Source of the DNA: Macrostomum lignano
Taxonomy: Eukaryota
NCBI GenBank assembly: GCA_002269645.1
Contig: NIVC01001645.1
Location: 1 to 64,000 of the forward strand
Direction: 5' to 3'
Length of the DNA: 64,000 bases
The notes beneath the pieces are model-generated. The model ran no database searches. It was not told where the DNA came from and saw nothing but the letters and a program-made list of their open reading frames with translations. Below, piece by piece: positions 59,991-64,000 of this stretch. The translations under genes were made by a program, and so were the position numbers. Position 1 is the stretch's first letter. Each line of letters opens with the position of its first letter.

Positions 59991-61264
59991 TGGGCAAGGT
60001 TTTCCGCGCAGTCTACTGGAAATTTCAATTCTTAATACGCAAAACTGTCAAGAGCCAAATGTTGCAAATTCATCTTTATATATAGACAGCTCGTATATTT
60101 ATCGTATCAGTAGTCTTACATGTATATAATAATTCCATCGCCTAAAGCCCATCTAAAGCGCGCGCTGTATCATTGAGAAAGCTGTTAAATAAAATTGATC
60201 CACTGACTGACCAGCTCAGTCACCTCGGGGTGGGGGGGTTATTTGACCCATCAGATACTCAATTAGCCGATTCTTCAAGTTTCGACCCCGTGGGGGGTGG
60301 CGCAGAGTTCGAGAAGTTTTGAGAGTTTTCAGAGTCGAGTAGGGGGGGGGCGAGTGTGTTGGAGCCCCGGGCAAGCGCGGAGGCGCGGCGAAAGTCTTAA
60401 TCGCAGTGCCGCCATCTCTCAGCTCTGTTTCACACTTGAAAGATTCCAGCTGCCGAATACCCAATACCCGTCATCAGAAATCTTCAGCCTGCAGCCATCG
60501 CCCGGGGCGTCCCAGATAGAAGCATTTTCGGGCACAATCGGCTCCTTGATTGTGGCACCGCCTGGCCTCAGACTGTCATTACCGAGGTCATTATCCACTT
60601 GAGAAACTTGAAAACTGGAAGGAGAAGAAGACTGGAAAAAGGGAACAGTATATTTTGATACACAAGCAATCCAAGGCCAGAGCTGAGCGCTAATTGAAGG
60701 CTGAAACAATGAGCTGGAAGAGTAGCAAAAAGTTGCAGCGTCTCTGCGCTCTGTCAAAAGTAATCAGCTTCTCTGCTGCATTGCCACCGCCTGCAGCCGC
60801 CATTTTGCACAAGGTTTCAAGGTCTCCCTGGTCAATCCACCTCGCGCCAAGAGTGGATAGAAAGAATCTATAAAGCTTGCAAACAATGCATTGGAAACAA
60901 TATTATTTCTGAGTTCTGAATAGCAATGCCCCCCCCCCCACCCAATCTTCCTGCACCACGTCTGACCTGACAAAGTCAATTAGAATTCATGTTATAAATC
61001 AGTCATATTAAAGCTCGTACGAAGTGACTTGAAAAAGCATTTTTTTAGTCCATTGTGACATGAACGGTTTTCAGCTGTCTGAGCACAATTCACTGAGTTC
61101 TGACAGCTCAAAAGGTTTAAATTCACAGAGCCGGAATTTGCAGTTACCCTGCAGTATCCGACTCGCTAAATTTCAGTTTCATATACTCGTAGGTTCTAAT
61201 ATCCAGAGACCGAAACTTCAAAGGCCCAAAACTAAGAACACCTGAAACTGAAAACATCCAATAC

Positions 61265-61725
61265 TCCAAAGACTCGAAACTCCAAAGATTCGAAACTACA
61301 AAGACTCGAAACTCCAAAGATTCGAAACTACAAAGACTCGAAACTACAAAGACTTGAAACTACAAAGACTCGAAACTAAAAGACTCAAAACTGCAAAGAC
61401 TCGAAACTACAAAGACTTGAAACTACAAAGACTCGAAACTACAAAGACTCGAAACTACAAAGACTTGAAACTACAAAGACTTGAAACTACAAAGACTTGA
61501 AACTACAAAGACTCGAAACTACTAAGACTAGAAACTCCAAAGACTTGAAACTACAAAGACTCGAAACTACAAAGACTTGAAACTACAAAGACTCGAAACT
61601 ACAAAGACCCGAAACTACAAAGACTCGAAACTCCAAAGACTTGAAACTACAAAGACTCGAAACTACTAAGACCCGAAACTACAAAGACTTGAAACTACAA
61701 AGACTCAAAACTACGAGTACAAAGA
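61265..61725. repeat. 16-bp minisatellite (AAGACTYGAAACTACA)n, about 28 copies
   Basis: Read directly from the sequence. Confidence 0.94.
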
Positions 61726-62384
61726 CTCGAATCCGCACATGCACCCAAGACTATAAAGACCCGGAGCTTCAACCGTGAAGCTTCGGGAAGCCCTGCAGAG
61801 TAAAATAGAACTATTCGAATTCCCACGAATTCATCCCGTGACTAGAAATCGATAAATTCGCTAGGAGCCACCGCCAGCTATTCCTCTCCATGGCAACCTA
61901 AATTGCCAGACCGCTATTGTAATAAAGTCTGGTGAATTTCACAGACCACGCCCCTCGCCCCCGCCTCTGTCAACCCGCCCACTCGCTATAATCAACCTTG
62001 CTGTTCGCCTGCACTAGGCAATGAAGCCATCCTTCTGACCCTATCAAGGTCGGGTTTCTTCCCAGTGCTTCCCAGCAACTTCCACGTTGCTTTGCAAAGA
62101 TCTCGAAGTTCTTTTTTTCCTGGACTAGTAGCTCGTATTACGCGTTGCGCTCCCCCCCCCCTGTTTCAACTCTCCCAGCAACAACGAAAGGCTGCCACCT
62201 GATACGAAAATTATCAAGACAGAAATGAGTTACAGAATGGAAATTTTAAACTGTAATCTTTGGGTATTATTAAGAAACCGAAAATCTTTTTTAACGTTAC
62301 CCAATAAAGCGACTAACCAGGAGGGCAGGAAATTCTGTCTATGAGGCTCGATAAGAAGGTATTATCGGCACCATCAGCATCAGT

Positions 62385-62704
62385 GGTGCCAAATGGGTGT
62401 CAGTGGTGCCAAATAGGTGTCATTGGCGCCAAATGGGTATCAGTGGCGTCAAATGGGTGTTAGTGGCGCCAAATAAGTGTCAGTGGCGCCAAATGGGCGT
62501 CAGTGGCGCCACATGGGTGTCATTGGCGCCAAATGGGTGTCATTGGCGCTAAATGAGTGTCAGTGGCGCCAAATGGGTATCAGTGGCGCCAAATGGATGT
62601 CAGTGGCGCCAAATGGGTATCAGAATATGCTAGATGGCTGTCAGAAAGCGCAAAATTCGTGTCAGAATATGCGAGATGGCTGTCAGAAAGCGCAAAATTT
62701 GTGT
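62385..62704. repeat. 20-bp minisatellite (CAGTGGCGCCAAATGGGTGT)n, about 12 copies, followed by a 42-bp direct duplication
   Basis: Read directly; the duplicated unit starts at 62621 and 62663. Confidence 0.9.
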
Positions 62705-63802
62705 CAACTACTCGACTTTTTGAGGCTGTTATAAAGCATCGAAAACTGCGACCCATATACCTTCACTAAGTGCTTGTCAGTCACGGTGAGAACTTCAAGT
62801 CCGGTTTCTATTTGGCCATCTCCATCGACTCACTCCATGCCCACAATACTGAGCTTCATCTCAAATCAATGCTCAGTGTGGGACAAAATGATTTGCCAGC
62901 AAAATCAAGCATAAATGACAGTCCCACAATCGGAGAGGCAATTGTCAACAATAAAAAGTTTTCAATACCGCGAAGATCGGCGGCACTGCTTTGACGGGGA
63001 GCGTTTGACAGTTGGGGGGGGGGGGGTTCTGGGACTGGGCTAAGTGGGATGAATTCCTCAAGAATTAAAAATCTCTAACAAAGCAACTTTCCTCTTTCTT
63101 TGACAGACGGACAGACAGACAGCGGGAAGCGGTTTCCCAGAAGGAAGCTGCCGGTCACCCCTCGCACAGATTGATATGCGGCAGACCGCCAGAGCCCCTT
63201 AAATAGAATTTTGGTCATATTGGCGTATTTAAAAAGAAGCATTTTTGAGTTTCAAATTGCCAGAATTAGGAGAGAGTGAAGACTGCATTGAGAAGAGTAG
63301 GATGAGTAAGTTGATGAAGTCTGCTGCGGCTGGCAAGTCTTCCCCAAAACCCGGATTTTTTTCATCTTTTGGTGCCACAAAGTCGGCAAACTGCAACTCC
63401 CTCTGCTTCTGCTCTCCAAATCTGAGATGGAGAGAGTTGGAGAGAGTAGTTAGGGTGGAGAAAGAGGCTTTGCCTCATCAGCTCATTGTGCTGTCACAAT
63501 CAACTGTTGCCCTGTGGGCAGCTGGGGAGAACTGTAGATGGCTCTAACTACAACCGTGTCCATTTTTTCTGCTTCTATATAATATTTCCTCTACTTTTTC
63601 TGTGCGTAATAAGACTGCATAGGCGACAAGACACTCGCGTCCTGAGTGGAGGACAAACTCTGTGTGCCATCCTGCATTGACAAGCTGTTGAGAGTGAGCT
63701 GGGGCTGCAGGCCATTGAGAAGCCTTGCTAAAGCTTTTGTCTGTTTTGATGGCCTGCAGTAGTCCTGCTTGCAACCGCTTAGCTCGCTTTGGCGAGAATT
63801 CA

Positions 63803-64000
63803 ACTGCAGATTGTAGGCTGAGAACTGCAGATTGTACAGGCTGAGAACTGCAGATTGTACACTGAGAACTGCAGATTGTACACTGAGAACTGCAGATTGT
63901 ACACTGAGAACTGCAGATTGTACACTGAGAACTGCAGATTGTGCACTGAGAACTGCAGATTGTACACTGAGAACTGCAGATTGTACACTGAGAACTGCAG
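63803..64000. repeat. 21-bp minisatellite (CTGCAGATTGTACACTGAGAA)n running off the right edge
   Basis: Read directly from the sequence. Confidence 0.95.

Overview
Animal genomic DNA with spliceosomal GT-AG introns. It is most likely a free-living flatworm such as Macrostomum; this is inferred from the intronic minisatellites, GC-rich exons and the type of Mab-21 gene present. Five protein-coding genes can be rebuilt by hand with phase-consistent splice sites: an ELAV/Hu RNA-binding protein (+, 5 exons), a ~1125-aa cGAS-like/Mab-21 nucleotidyltransferase with a ~770-aa repeat-containing C-terminal extension (+, 4 exons), a PH+ArfGAP protein (-, 3 exons), trimethyllysine dioxygenase TMLHE (-, 2 exons) and an intronless rhodopsin-class GPCR (+). 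Mobile DNA comprises a 5'-truncated RT-RNase H non-LTR retrotransposon inserted in an ATAGATC satellite, two 3'-end fragments of a related LINE family, and a possible piggyBac-like N-terminus at the left edge. About 30% of the window is tandem repeat (about 27 arrays), and most long ORFs in the ORF track are repeat artefacts. The best leads are the cGLR-like gene, a fold-back array next to a frame-preserving ELAV hinge exon, a different minisatellite in 9 of 10 introns, a duplicated splice donor plus TCTG array, and AG acceptors just before all five start codons. No database searches were possible, so family calls rest on motif recognition.
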